Below are positions 13,982-27,381 of a stretch of DNA of 64,000 bases, piece after piece. This DNA comes from Bigelowiella natans CCMP2755 (lineage: Eukaryota > Protista > Cercozoa). A program made the translations under genes and the position numbers. Numbering within the stretch: position 1 is the stretch's first letter; each line of letters opens with the position of its first letter. The stretch covers positions 1 to 64,000 of the forward strand of contig ADNK01002757.1 of NCBI GenBank assembly GCA_000320545.1, read 5' to 3'. A model generated the notes under the pieces. That model was not told the origin of the DNA. It did not search any database and saw nothing but the letters and a program-made list of their open reading frames with translations.

Positions 13982-14965
13982 ATGGATGGAGCTGAAGACC
14001 CATTTGGAGGCGCAGTTGATGAGGGAGCACACGAAGACGGAGGAGCTCAAGAAGGAGGTGACATGGACCCTTTCGGAGGGGCGGTTGGAGAAGAGGAAGG
14101 TGGTGAGGCTGACGGTGGAGCCGAGCTAAACGAGGATGCAGTATTCGGGGGTATGGACGGTGGCGATGCAGACGCTGCCGATCCACTTGGAATGGATGCC
14201 GGTGAGGATGTACTCGGAGGCCCGCTAGACTCGAAGGATGATGGTGAAGGCGGGTTGAGCATGATGTCTCCGCCCGCAGATGGACCTTACAAGAAGTGGG
14301 AGGAAGAGCATAGCAAGGTGTTGGAGAAGAGGCGTGCTGAAGCTCGGGAGAAGAAGGAGAAAATTCTTGAAGAGGCTGAGCAAAAGCTCAAAAAATTCTA
14401 CGACGATAGAAGCTCTGACAAAAGCAAGGTCGTAATATAGACTATTATACAGCCGGAACGAACGCGAATCATTTCAAAATGTGGAGAAGGGACTTTTGCC
14501 TTATGACTAAATTCTCCAATTGACTTCCCGTGTTTCGATACCACCTATAGATGCACTCGGAGAACTTGGATGAGGAAAAACAAAAGCGGGCAGATATCGC
14601 GAAGCTGTTTGAGGTGTGATTCTCGGTGTACGTATTTGACGCAAATTTTATGATATTGGCTCATTAGTTTACCAATTTCTTCGAGATTAACTAATTATTA
14701 ACGTTCTTATCGTGAACTATGAATAGACGGGAAATGACTGGGAAAAAGTCTGCAAGATGCTTTCACTTGCCCCGGACTCAAATCGTAAGGTCGATCGATT
14801 CCGAAAACTGCTCCAAACACTGAAGGTGATATGAGAATCCAGCTCGTAAAAACAGTGAACAACACTACAACCACTTTCCCTTGCAGCAATGTAAGATATT
14901 CTGTATTTATCATGTATCAGAACGAAGGAACCTATGGTAAATCAAAGCGGGAAGCAAAGGAATAG
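13982..14965 (+). CDS. Clathrin light chain
   Basis: Acidic Gly/Asp DPFG-repeat N-terminus, then KKWEEEH..AEQKLKKFYDDR coiled coil, then GNDWEKVCKML..VDRFRKLLQTLK. 3-4 exons; the last exon is tentative. Confidence 0.85.
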
Positions 14966-15169
14966 AACCGAGGGAAGATTATAAGAACTAAGAATGATAA
15001 AATCATCTGGTGGTTTCATCATGCGGAGTACTATGTATGCATTCGTAATGCTGCCTCGTGATATCGTTCTCTAGAAGCCTCGTATTCTCGACAAGTTGTG
15101 GTTCGAGCATTAACTTATTTGCAAACGTAAAAATAAAAAGAATGTACTTTCAAGAGAACACATGGCATG

Positions 15170-15930
15170 CTAGCATGGCTATGAAGATGAAGTACGGACA
15201 GAAGCATTGACGTTGCATATCAACACAAAGTAGCACACACAATTTACTAGTTTAGGTTGTTGCAGCACACTGTTACAGACTAGTACATCGTAGTGCATGT
15301 CGAGTTTGCGCAATCTAGCAATCTAGCAATGTCATCGCGTGCGATTGATGCTACCGCTACACACACATTGCGAATGCTAGCTAGCGCTAGCTCAGAGCCA
15401 TCTCCAGATCTCTAGATCTAGCTAGCTAGGTACCGGCATGCTAGCATCGCATGTCTAGTATACTAGATGTGTCGTCTGCTCTAGTGTTAGCTACTAGCTA
15501 GAGGTAGATCTCTAGATTTGGAGATCTAGAGATGTGCATGTGCGTGAGTTAACTAGGTCTGCGAGATCTAGGGATGTGCAACGATCTAGCCGACTTGTAG
15601 CGGTGGCGAAGACTAGCTAGCTAGCTAGAAGACATTGCTAGATTGCACTACTGCAGACTAGTCCTAGAATGATAGAGAGCGTCTAGTGGTGCAGCCCATG
15701 TGCCATCTGATGACATCTAGAGATCAACATAATGCTAGAATGCACCGAATCACAAGTTAGAAATGCCATAATCTCTAGTGATGATGACTAGATGATGCAT
15801 TGTGGCATCGCACGCTATCATGCCATGAATAGCAGCACACGCATACAATTTCATAATTGCTCCAACGTATCGTACGCAGCAGTTTGCCACAAATGTCTAG
15901 ATGTTGCTATCGCAATGCACTTGTCATGGA
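15170..15930. repeat. CTAG/CATG palindrome-rich tail-to-tail intergenic spacer
   Basis: About 30 CTAG in 15300-15800 (hand count), including (CTAG)n runs. Confidence 0.9.
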
Positions 15931-15973
15931 CGAACTTTTTACCTAATTATTTTTTTTTACTTCTACATTAGGG

Positions 15974-17351
15974 TCATTGTTCAGCAGCCATTTCTGTTTC
16001 TGTGGCATTTGTAGTTTCCTCAGTCTCTTTTTCCGCCGATGAAGTCCACAATGTCAAGTTATCTCGTAGCAATTGCATGATGAGTGTCGAATCCTTTCAA
16101 GAAACAAGAACATAAATCGTAATCTCATCTATTGTGAAACGATACATGTTTTCTTGTGCATTGGAGGTGATAATATACCTTGTACGAAGCTTCATCAAGA
16201 GTCTATACATAAAACAACTATCAGCACTAAAAACTGAAAAACAACTTTTTTTCAAATCAGTCTTACATCCAATTTACTGATAGCAGCATCGAATGCCTTC
16301 TTTGCCATATCACACGCAGCCTAGACAAATGCATTCATCAAGAGCATGAAGGATACTTGAAGCACACAAATTGACCTGAGGGTTCTTCAGGATTTCATAA
16401 TAGCACACGGAGAAATTGAGTGCCAATCCGAGACGGATAGGATGTGTTGCCAGGAGGTGCTCCTCGGCTAAACCAGTTCCCTTTTTGTACTTCTCTTCTG
16501 CCTTTTTATCGTATCCTGTGAAAATAAAATTTTAACTTACCAACTTGTCTGTTGCAGGGTTAGAGAACTATCACTATTATCACCCTCTTTCACAACAATC
16601 TCAGATAGGTAACGGTAGTAGTCCCCAGCCATTTTCAGGTAAAAAACTAGAGCTTCGGGAGGAGTATTTCCTTCAGACTTTTCACCGGCACTGATGATTT
16701 TTTCGATATTTGGTACCAAGGTGTCTTCGAGAACCTTTAGAACCTCCATGCTAGAAGGACATTTGCAATAAATTTGAGATAAAAAATGGGCATTGATTTT
16801 AAGAGCGAAAAATCATTGGGGAAAAATGTTGATAGATACCAAATTGTCTTCATCTCAGTGCTGACCTAATGTACAGTGTTCAGATTTAGGGATACCCATA
16901 GTGTAAAAAATAAATCTATCTATTTCATGTACCTTTTTCTTGTACTCATCAATTATTGAATTTCCTTTGTATTCATCCAAAATTAGAGTCCTCCATGAAG
17001 CACGTCGAGCACCAACAGCATTCTTGTAACTAACAGGATTAACGAGATCACGTGCTGAATCATAATCCTAGATCGCAGTTCGAACAATTTTAGCAAATCA
17101 TAGCATGTATTGGAAAGAATTTGCATGGAATGGAAAGATTGCTAAAAGTTGAATTACGCAACGGAAAGCAGATTTCTCTCTTCTACAGTCAAATCTTCTC
17201 CGGCAGCAACTTTAGCTGCAACAAGTTCCCGCATAAACGAACACATATCGGAATATCGTTCGGCATTTTCAGAAGCTTTGGCCATTGATAATAGCCCCTT
17301 GACAGGATCATTGCCTGATTTAATCTTTCCGATGAGGGTCTTGAGTGCCAT
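15974..17351 (-). CDS. 14-3-3 protein
   Basis: Exons encode [63 protein letters not shown] and [21 protein letters not shown]. Introns are canonical. Confidence 0.97.
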
Positions 17352-17878
17352 CGTGTGTGCCTTGTTTGTTCTGAGAAGTAGTTTGTAAAAATTCTGACAA
17401 TTAAATATTCATTTGTATCTTCTGCGACATCAGCATAGATATGTCGTAGTATTGATTTTACCGTAATGTTTATCAATTCTGATCCATCATTTGCCACCTC
17501 CTATTCTGTCCTGATTTCTTCTTTCTGGATATTTTGTACCCGGTCAATCGATGTCAAATTTTGTAAAACGATTCGCCGAATTTCTTCGTGTGATGTCGTC
17601 GAACAAAGGTCTCCCTCATTTTTGGGTGGAATTGGTCTGGAATTGGCCTTTCTGAGAAAGATCCCAGTATCGATTGCTGTACTGCACAATTTGACATTTG
17701 AATTTTGCGACGTGAATATGACTTAATCTCTGATCATAAATCGAGAGCGTTTGCCCTTTTATAGTTATAATTAGTATTCCACTGAAAAACTACATTTTTG
17801 GTGGTGCTGTGGCAATCTCGGCGCTGCGCTTCGGATTCGATCCCTTGCTTCGCTTCACTTCACTCTACTGAAGCTGCT

Positions 17879-19348
17879 ATGGCGATGACCGTGGCGATCT
17901 CTCTCGTGTTTTTACTATGTACTCCCGTCGTTCAGAGCATCAGGAGGGACCGATCTGCAATGAACCTGGACAAGCAAGAGGCATCATCAACGCTAAGCAC
18001 TAGGGAGCTCCATGATGAGTGGAAGGGCTATGTAATCAATCTTAAGAAAAGCACGGATCGGCTGGAGAAGCTCAGCAGTGCATGGTCTGCAAAGCCATGG
18101 TAGCTCGTTTACATCTTTTCATGCGAAAGAACTTTGGGGTAAACTTGAAATGTGGCAGGTTCAAAAAGAAGTTTTGCCGATTTGACGCCATTGATGGTAT
18201 AAATAGCACTATATTTTCATTTCACGGTGACAGTACACTGATTGGAACAACAGGTAGCGACGTAGTAAAGATGAGAAGCTGGGTTAAAAAAGGAGAAGCG
18301 CCTGGAAATCTAGGAGAGATCGTAATTTTATACCTGGAAAGATCATAACATTACAGTAACGGCAGATGTTTTCCTCAGAGTGCCGAATCTAGAGGAATCT
18401 GGTCTTGCGGAAAGTCTCACGTGGAAGTTTGGAAAAAGATTGCTCAAGATAAACATCATAAATATGGAGTAGTGGCTGAAGACGATGTACGTCTTGAATT
18501 TTTCTTGGAAGATGTACTTACTTATTCTATCTCAGGTATATATGTTTTCTCCCCAATTCGATGAATTGTTTTATAAATGGCGGCAATCAGGTTTACTATA
18601 TGTTACAATCTTTCATAAAGACATTTAATGTATGCATACGTTTATAAGTCATGAGATCACATCATGTAGAAGTGTAGAAGTTAATCACATTTTCCTGATG
18701 GTCGAACGCAGCAAAATACAACAAAGCGGGGTTTGTTTACTTCGAGAGCATCGGCAATCTCTGGAGAAACCATCAAAATCCAAAGGTTAATTTGACCGAG
18801 ACAGAGCCGGAATTACATTCGATATTCCACAAATCTGCTTCTCTGGACAAACACTTTTCCCAATTCGACGATGGTAGTAAAAATCAAGGGGATGGGATAT
18901 GGCACTACCACGTCTATGGGCTTGGACTTTACGCAATTTCAAGAGAAGCAGCAGCAAAGGTTTATATTCGCACAAAGAGTTTCAATAGCAGAGGATTCCA
19001 CCTACTGTTTGAGTTTGTAATCATCAAGCCTTGCTGTCTTTACTAGGCTGTGGAGATAATGGGTATCCACCTATCTGGAGTAGACGGCCAATTTTCGAGG
19101 AAGGTGTCCCCCAAAATTAAAGAAATGGGACTCGACATGCTCGCTTTTATACCCCCAATAGCGCAGGTATATCTTTTGACTCTTGCTTATTGCATTTCGT
19201 TAAAACGCTGAAACTTCTTCATGACATACCACAGCAAGGCTCCGAGGGATCATTGTTAGCACATGCAGGAAAACATGCTCCACCCAAGCACTCCGATCAT
19301 TTTCTCCATGAATCAGCATTGCACACTGTAGGATTTCCAGATTGCTAA
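17879..19348 (+). CDS. Glycosyltransferase family 25 protein with N-terminal signal/anchor
   Basis: YVINLKKSTDRL, RFDAIDG, SCGKSHVEVWKKI, VVAEDD and GLYAISREAAAK are GT25 hallmark motifs. Confidence 0.8.
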
Positions 19349-19956
19349 ATGTTGGAAATGCATTGTGCATGAATCCTTCTGACTCATTGAAGATGTAATA
19401 TTTTTATGTTGAAACTACAAACATGCTACTATGGTCATTATTTGAGCAACTGGGAACGAGATGCGTCACTAAATGTGTGCGTTTGCTGTGGTGAGTTCAT
19501 GAAGGTGTCGGAGCGATGGATCAAGCATCGCGCGACGAATGACATTGTCATGCAAATCTAGAAATGACCGATCGATAGTCCTTTCCATGCTTTCCGATGC
19601 CCCATCAGTTTCTCTGGTTTGTTTAACCGAGGCTTTCAAAACCCCGCATTCATGCACGCATGCGACTCTACAATTGCATGTGCACCGCCTTTGCCATCAG
19701 CATGCTAGCATGGCCATGCCCACATTGTCTAGATTGTACTTGACTCTAGAGCTCTAGAGCTAGCTAGCTAGTCAGCGCAACGCTAGTTTAGCAAAGTTTA
19801 GAAATGTGCTCAACGAAAAGATGACTTGTGCGAACATGCTAGATGCAACGCTCCTTTTATTTTTTCGGTATCATCTAAATGCTGAGCAAGAACATGAGCA
19901 TCAGCTGTTGAAGATTCCGTTAGTAACGCACCGTCTAGTCGTGCACAACTAGACAA

Positions 19957-19994
<38 letters not shown>

Positions 19995-20074
19995 GACATC
20001 TAGACACTAAGTAATCGTCTGGGGAAAATCTCTAGATCTGTTGCGTCCATGTGCCAATACTAGATTATAGCAAT

Positions 20075-20408
20075 TTAAAGAGTTGCAGGTATCAAGTCCA
20101 TATCGGCCACCCAGGATTGTCCAGGAGCAACACTAAGCAAATGGAAACGCACTCGTCATTGGAATAGCCGGAGGAATCATCGCGCAAATCAACAATAGTC
20201 TTCGCAACATTCCACAACATTTTTTACCTCACAGGTTCCATTGCTGCAGCAGCTTCCACGCACACGAATTTTTCGTATCCCATCTAGTAGGGAGAAAGGT
20301 ATTCTCGATGAGTGTTAGGAATAAAAATTCAAGGAAGGAAAGAGAGAGGAAGTGCGACAGATACAAACATGCATACAGGAAGAGAGAGAAAGAGAGGGGG
20401 GGGGGGGG

Positions 20409-20442
<34 letters not shown>

Positions 20443-20648
20443 ACACAAGATACAAAAATTAAGTATTCCTAATGAGAACATATAATAACGGAGTGTTGCT
20501 TTATTTCTAAGATGCTATGCAACAGAAATACGTTCTCGTTCCCGTAAGGGTTCCAGAGGACAGTGTCTTTCCATCCTTGGATTGACTTTATCATCAAGCT
20601 CTATTAGTGAAGAATATGCCATATCAGCTACAGAGCAACATACACACA

Positions 20649-20694
<46 letters not shown>

Positions 20695-21106
20695 ACAGAC
20701 AGAGAGAAGCATGAGCGAGAGAAGATGTTTCACAAATACACGCGGTCTGATACTTTAGCTTTTCCAGCATCTTCGATCTTGACAGCCCCAACGACACCAG
20801 GGACAATCTGTGCAGCACGTATTGCATTCAAGACAGTAGCGAATAAACGGTAAATCATTATTTTCTTTCTAATTTTGATGTGTTGAATATAAGGATTAGG
20901 TGGAAGAGAAGAAAAAGAAGGAGGAGGAGGAGGAGGAGGAGGAGGAGGAGAGGTAAAGAGTACGTACCTGGTCGGTTTCGGTGGTGATTTTGATGTCATC
21001 AGAGTCCGCAGTAATGGTAGCTGCAAGTGACAGACACAGTGGAGAAGAACATGTAGCGGGCTGTGGGACTGCGACATGATTCATAATTTTGTATCGCTTT
21101 TGCGTG

Positions 21107-21142
<36 letters not shown>

Positions 21143-21549
21143 TGAATATCTGGCCCATCTTCTAGTTAATAACCACCTGGAGGAGACTGCATTCTATCGA
21201 TGATGTTTTGGCCCTTAAATGGCCCGCAAATCTGTCGTAAAAACAATCATATAAGGAATGTATTAACGACATCATCGCCGTCTCTCCTTATTCAGCAGGA
21301 GGTTGCAGCTGTTACGGAGAAGATCTTTTTCGAAATTATGCATGCTTAAAGATCATCTGACGACCTTGACATCGTTGATGTTGGACACGTCAAAATATGA
21401 GTGGAGGGCGCCTACAAATTTGGTATGTGTTGATTCACAGGAGAGTTTCCTTTTAAATGTATTACCATCCACAACTTCACCATACCATCATACTATTCCT
21501 ACAACTACATCTCCCCCTCCCCCTCCCCCTCCTCCTCCTCCTCCTCCTC

Positions 21550-21580
<31 letters not shown>

Positions 21581-22537
21581 CAGTGAAGTCGAAAGGCTTG
21601 TCCCCCGTGTTGAGGACTTCAAGTTTGCTGATGGATAGATGAATGTGTGGATGGATGATAAGGAGGAGCAAGATGCTGCCGTTATTTAGATTTGAACGGT
21701 CAGTACACACGGAATAGTGCGTCCATGCGGCACGCATCATCTTATTAGAATTCTATAATCTCATATACGTTTTGAGCTGATCATCTGCAAGATCCACGGT
21801 GTAGGTAGCTTTGAAGGGGTAGTCCCTGCGACAGCAAGCAGCATAACAACAACAACAACAACAAAAGCAACAACAGGTGGTGATAATTCATGTGAATGTC
21901 ATAGGAACTGATAAAAGCGATTATGATGTTGATAATACAATGATAGCGGTGCTACTTTGCTGCATTATTCGATACAGTACGTAGTAAATAGTACCAAATC
22001 GCGCGAGTTTTCTCATTATCAGTGAGCTCAAACACAGCTGTAGATCCCTCAGCTGAAACCTGAAGTTGATTTAAGACAAGTTGTTAAACATCTGATTAAT
22101 GCATTCACCAACCACCCTATACTTTTATCACTATGAATAGGTATTATGACCAGATCCCACATCGAATCACGTGCAAACCCATGCTGAGGAAGCTCGCCTG
22201 GGATGATAACAGAATGTGAAGAGAAGGAGGAGGAGAAGAAGGAGGAGGATTGTGATATTATGGCATGGCTCTCGTCTTAATGCTATTGCTGTTTTTGTTG
22301 TTTGTAGTATTGACTGACCAGGGCCAAATTGAGGAAAGCAGTGCGGAATTCCTCCGGAGATTGCTTTGGTGCTAATAAGTGCAAGTGCAGGAAAGATGAT
22401 AACATGTACAAATCAAACAAGGGGGAAGGAGGGATTATAGAAAACTTAACTTACCCATCAAATTTAGCATCAGGTCTCACTGCGAGCCATTCAGTGCCAG
22501 AGGCATCCTGTGTGAATGAGCAGTATCTTCTCATTTA

Positions 22538-22576
<39 letters not shown>

Positions 22577-23531
22577 GGCTACTACGACTACGACTACTAC
22601 TACGACTACTACTACTACTACGACTGCTACTACTACTACTACGACTACTACTACTCTTCCAAAAACAGTAAATCCTACTCTTTACCTTGTAGCTGGTTGC
22701 AGCAGCGCCGAACTTGTAGATTGTCGCCTCTGCACCGCTAGGATGTGTTAGGCGGATGTTCTCAAGCGAGCCTATAAAATTAGATTTGAGTTGAGTGCTG
22801 CTCTGCTTTGGATGGAGTGAGAGAGAAGGTGGAATGGAGAGGGGGGGAGGAGAAGAAGAGGACAGCATCATAGGTTAGTGATTTCTGAAACGAATGGACA
22901 CAAATAATACAGCATATACCAGGTCCATCGTGATTTCCGGGGATTGCGTCAAAGACTCTGGTTGGTCGCCTATATCATAGATCATCGAATATTGTTAAAC
23001 GATATGATGATGGTGATGATAATGATGTCGGTCATGACAGGTCTCGGCCGTGAGGAGGGAATAGATTCAAGAGAATCCTAGAGATTGTCTTTACCTATTC
23101 AGAGATTTGGAATGGCGTCCTATAGCATGCAAAAGGCCTCGAACACTAGCGGATAAGCAAGCAATATATCAAAGTAAGATATGAAATTCGCTGTATGTTT
23201 GATTATCATATTAAATAACCGAGATTGCACAGGCTTAGTCGCTAACCCTGATCCAAGACCTGAGCAGCAGGTATAAGAGTGAGGGATTTTTATCAACTCT
23301 CACACAATATTATTTTTACACCTCATCAAAGCAAGTCATTCTATACCTTGTTGCTGTTTAGAAGAATATCTATCGTATTTAAGTGCGAAGAATGCAACCA
23401 GGAGCGCAGCATTCACGAGAACACTGACAGATCAATGTCAAATGAGACGACGAATCAGGTTGCATTTTTCAAAATATCGGTGACATTATATATACATATG
23501 AATACCACCTTGCTTTTAGCATTGACATCAT
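20075..23531 (-). CDS. Glucose-6-phosphate 1-epimerase (aldose 1-epimerase family), likely plastid-targeted; ~16 exons
   Basis: KAISGGIPHCFPQFGP, LPQHGFARD, FDFTGALHSYF, DTVLWNP and FVCVEAA are present. The N-terminus MMSMLKASVLVNAALLVAFFAL is signal-peptide-like. Confidence 0.9.
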
Positions 23532-24075
23532 TGTAGCTATTCCTGATATCATATGTGGAGAATGCTGAGGACCGTCGCGTCGACGCAATGTGGTCAATAT
23601 CTTTTTCACAAATGAGGAGGAATTGCTTCATATGTACATTTGAACACCTTTGAGCAATATACTGACGTATTTTGTGCATATATAGGATTGGCAAAGGAAG
23701 AAAAGGAGGAGTCCTTACTTTCGTTCTGGATGGGGTATCCTAGGTTTGATACGTCGACTCTACGAGACCTCTCTTGATTCTTACCAAGCGATTAAATAAG
23801 TAGGTTTTGTGACCATTAAAAGCCAAAAATCATTCTTATTCTTTTGTGCGACAAGGTCATACATCCTTGAACAGTATGAAATAACGAGCCATTGTATGAG
23901 AAAAAGAATTCTAAATTGGCCCCCAAAGCTGATTAGTTTCGAACCCTAGTTTTCGGTTTACAAAAACACATTAATTTGGTAAATTTGCGTTGTCTCATGT
24001 GCAAAACGGCCTCATAGTAGTAGTAGTACTTGCGATTCCCTTTTATCCATGGTGGTGCTCCTACAATTCCTGTAA

Positions 24076-26492
24076 ATGGGGATCGGCTTTTGCCAACGCT
24101 TCTTCCTGCTCCTTCCTGCCTTCATTTTCATTAGCATGATGATCTCCCTTATGTACAATGCGAGGGCTTCTTCCTCTATCTGCTTTGGGTTGGCTAAGGT
24201 AGGAGTTTCAAATAGCCAATTCTGTCCTTACAATGAATGTGTGCAGCATCTCCGCATCCTTCTACTGGCAACAACTACTCCCAATTAAATTTCAAACGAT
24301 TTCACTTTTTCGGTGAACCTTTCGATATTATATATTGTAGACCAGCCGTGGAGTATCAAGGATCATCAGACCGTTGTCTACAGCATCATTCATCTCCTCT
24401 TCAAGGATGCAATCCTGGCCGCAAGGCCGCCGAGGGATGGGAAGAAGAGGGAGATCATCCTTGGTGTCTGCCTCCTCGTCGAACGAAATGGAGGTTTGCT
24501 ACATATTATACAGGCATGTGATGAGATGGGGTTATTTCAAGGCGTCTCATCATCAACGTACACAAAATTGTCGTGTAGGTGAGCCTCATTCCCTGTCTGA
24601 GCGATAACTACGCATATCTTTTGCACAATAGCGCGACAGGTAAAGTAAATGCATACTGCAGGAAATCAGCTTATACATATGCGATTACTTGTGATAAAGA
24701 ATTCGCTTTTAAACAAAACCGGATGTAGCGTGACCTCCCTTCCACCTTTATCATCACCATCATTGATTGATTCCACCTTTGTCATCACCATCATTGATTC
24801 GCAGGAACCATAGCCATAGTAGACCCTTCAGAGGCAGCTCCAGTAAGAGCAGAGCTGCAAATGAAAAATCTTGGACGTATTGACTACATCCTCAACACAC
24901 ACCATCACTTTGATCATATTGGGGGAAATATCGAGCTGAAGGTGGGCAACAATCGTAGAAGCAACTCCCTGCGTTAGACTGGGCTCATCAGATGCTGCTT
25001 TTTCGAACCAATTCAACGTCACCGCCCTTTAGATGCACATACTAAATCGTTTTCCAATCGGCCCTTGTTTTTCCTCTTTACTTTTTTTCCTTTTCTTTGT
25101 GAATAGGAGGAATTTGGTGCAAAAATCATAGGTCCAGCAGCGGACAAGGAGCGCATTCCAGGAATTGATGAAGCATATGCTGATGGAGAGGTAGTGGAAC
25201 CTGCTGCTGCTGCTGCTACGATATAAGTCTGTTGAAGTGTGATTGTTTGTCACCTTTTAATGCCATTCCATCCTGGGATAAACGAACGACACCACATATC
25301 TACAGAAACACATACATCTTGCAGCAAATACTCATCATTCATGGTTGGAGGCCATTCCTCTCATTGCCATCCTTACAATGTCACCATCTTCTTATTCCTG
25401 ATTCTGTTGAAACTCGTTGCGCTTTCGTTTTCCTGATGGCGGGATCTTATTATATTGTTAACAGCGGTTTGATATGGGGGGAGAGGAGGTGGTCGTACTG
25501 CACACCCCAGGCCATACGAGTGGGCATTGTGCCTTTTATCTTCCTAGGTCAGCTGCTGTGTTTACAGGGGATACGCTCTTCTCGTTAGGGTGTGGTCGTC
25601 TCTTTGAAGGTAGTCGATTGGCGACCTGCTCTTATCATGCCTTTCTTCGCAACCTCTCTCTTAAGCTACTTCTCCAGCCCACTCTTACTCTTCTTCTTCT
25701 TCTTCTTTGGCTCTCTCTTAGGTACTGCAGCACAAATGCACGAGTCATTAAACAAGATCTCTGCTCTTCCTAAGGTATTATTAAAGCCATCACTCCAATA
25801 GCACAGAAATTGGGGGGCATCAGAGGGGGAGGGGAAGGAGGGAGAGGAGGAAGAGGAGGAGGGAATAAGCAATATGTAAATTAGTAATGAAGCATTCACG
25901 TCGTTGATACGCAGGAAACTCTTGTGTACTGCGGCCACGAATACACACAGTCAAACGCTAAGTTCGCATTGGCGGTTGATTCTGAGAATGGGGATCTACA
26001 GAAGAGGTCTTTATGGGGGAGATAATAGCGATTCGTCGTCGAGATGTGTTTGTTAGTTTGGGAATGAGAAATCAATCTCTGTTCTTCAGTTGTCTGAGAC
26101 ATAAATTCGTGTATTATTATCATTCTACACATTGTTATGCACTCTAGGAATGAGGAGATTTCCCAACTTCGCAGAAAAAACACTCCAACAATTCCAACTA
26201 CTATCGGCCTAGAAACCGCCACAAATCCGTTCCTCCGAATCAAGTATAACAACAAGAGCAACAACACAAAACACACTTTAAATGCTCCGACCATTTGAAC
26301 CTTTTAGTGCGACATAATCGTCTGATTCATTTCAATTACACACGTGTTGGTATTAGTCTATAGATTCAGACTTAGTTTTGTTTACCAACAATGATCAGGG
26401 ATGAGAATCTTCGTAAGAATCTTGGAGTAAAAGCAGGGGCTTCTGATGAAGAAGTGTTTGCTGTACTCCGAACAATGAAAGATAACTTCTAA
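24076..26492 (+). CDS. GLX2: Hydroxyacylglutathione hydrolase (glyoxalase II), likely plastid-targeted
   Basis: [61 protein letters not shown] and C-terminal KDNF* are present. A hydrophobic leader is followed by an S/R-rich transit-like segment. Confidence 0.95.
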
Positions 26493-27282
26493 TTCACATC
26501 AAAAATGGGTACACCGACATACACACATGTACATGTAGACGGTAACTCATTGCATAATTCATTGCCACCACATCGCTGTGCGCGGGTATGCATGAGGTAT
26601 TGTTAGAGAGCATGTATGCATCAGCCCCTTACTTGCTTTAAAGAGTACATGGTACAAGATTGGCGCTGCCTGCAAATGCCCATTCTAGCATTGCGCGTAT
26701 GTAGCTGCCCAGATCCAGAGACACGATGCATGCTGATTCGTTGTTTTGTGTGTTGCTCAAGAAAACTTGAATTGCCCATGCGCATGACTTTGAACACCAT
26801 CACACATGCGCACATCTTGTGTCGGCGTCGCAAGCCTTTTCGTGCCATGATGACACACTACAATGTCTACTCGAGCGTAGCTGGTGGTAGCTGCACACAA
26901 CATGTACGACATAGAGACGTTCTTGTAGCAATGTTGTGCTGCAGTCATGCCACACACAAGTTGCGTCCGCTAGCTAGCTAGCTACATGGTTCGTCAGAGG
27001 TGCGTAGCATGTGCAGTAAGGCTTTGCACACACTGCACAATGGATACCAGCGTGTTATTGCATTGTGCATGCCATTGTGAAACGACAACAAGAGGTGAAT
27101 AGCGATATTATGAAATGTATTTATTTCTTACAGATTGGAATGGAGGAGCCGTTGATTTGATATGCCATTAGTCGATCGTTCATTGTTGAATATGTTGGTG
27201 GTGTCGCAAGTTAGTTCTTCTTGCTTACCAATAGCAACAACCGATTTTATAGATATAGGGCAGATAGAAGGAGTGTGGGGCA

Positions 27283-27343
27283 TTACTGCATTCCACGAGT
27301 GAGGTCAGCATTTGAGGCAGAGCGCTGTAAGATGTTATAAGGT

Positions 27344-27381
<38 letters not shown>

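Noticed and set aside
15974-26492. Alternative genetic code or non-canonical introns
   Set aside because: 14-3-3, the epimerase and glyoxalase II splice cleanly with GT-AG, and in-frame stops fall within introns.
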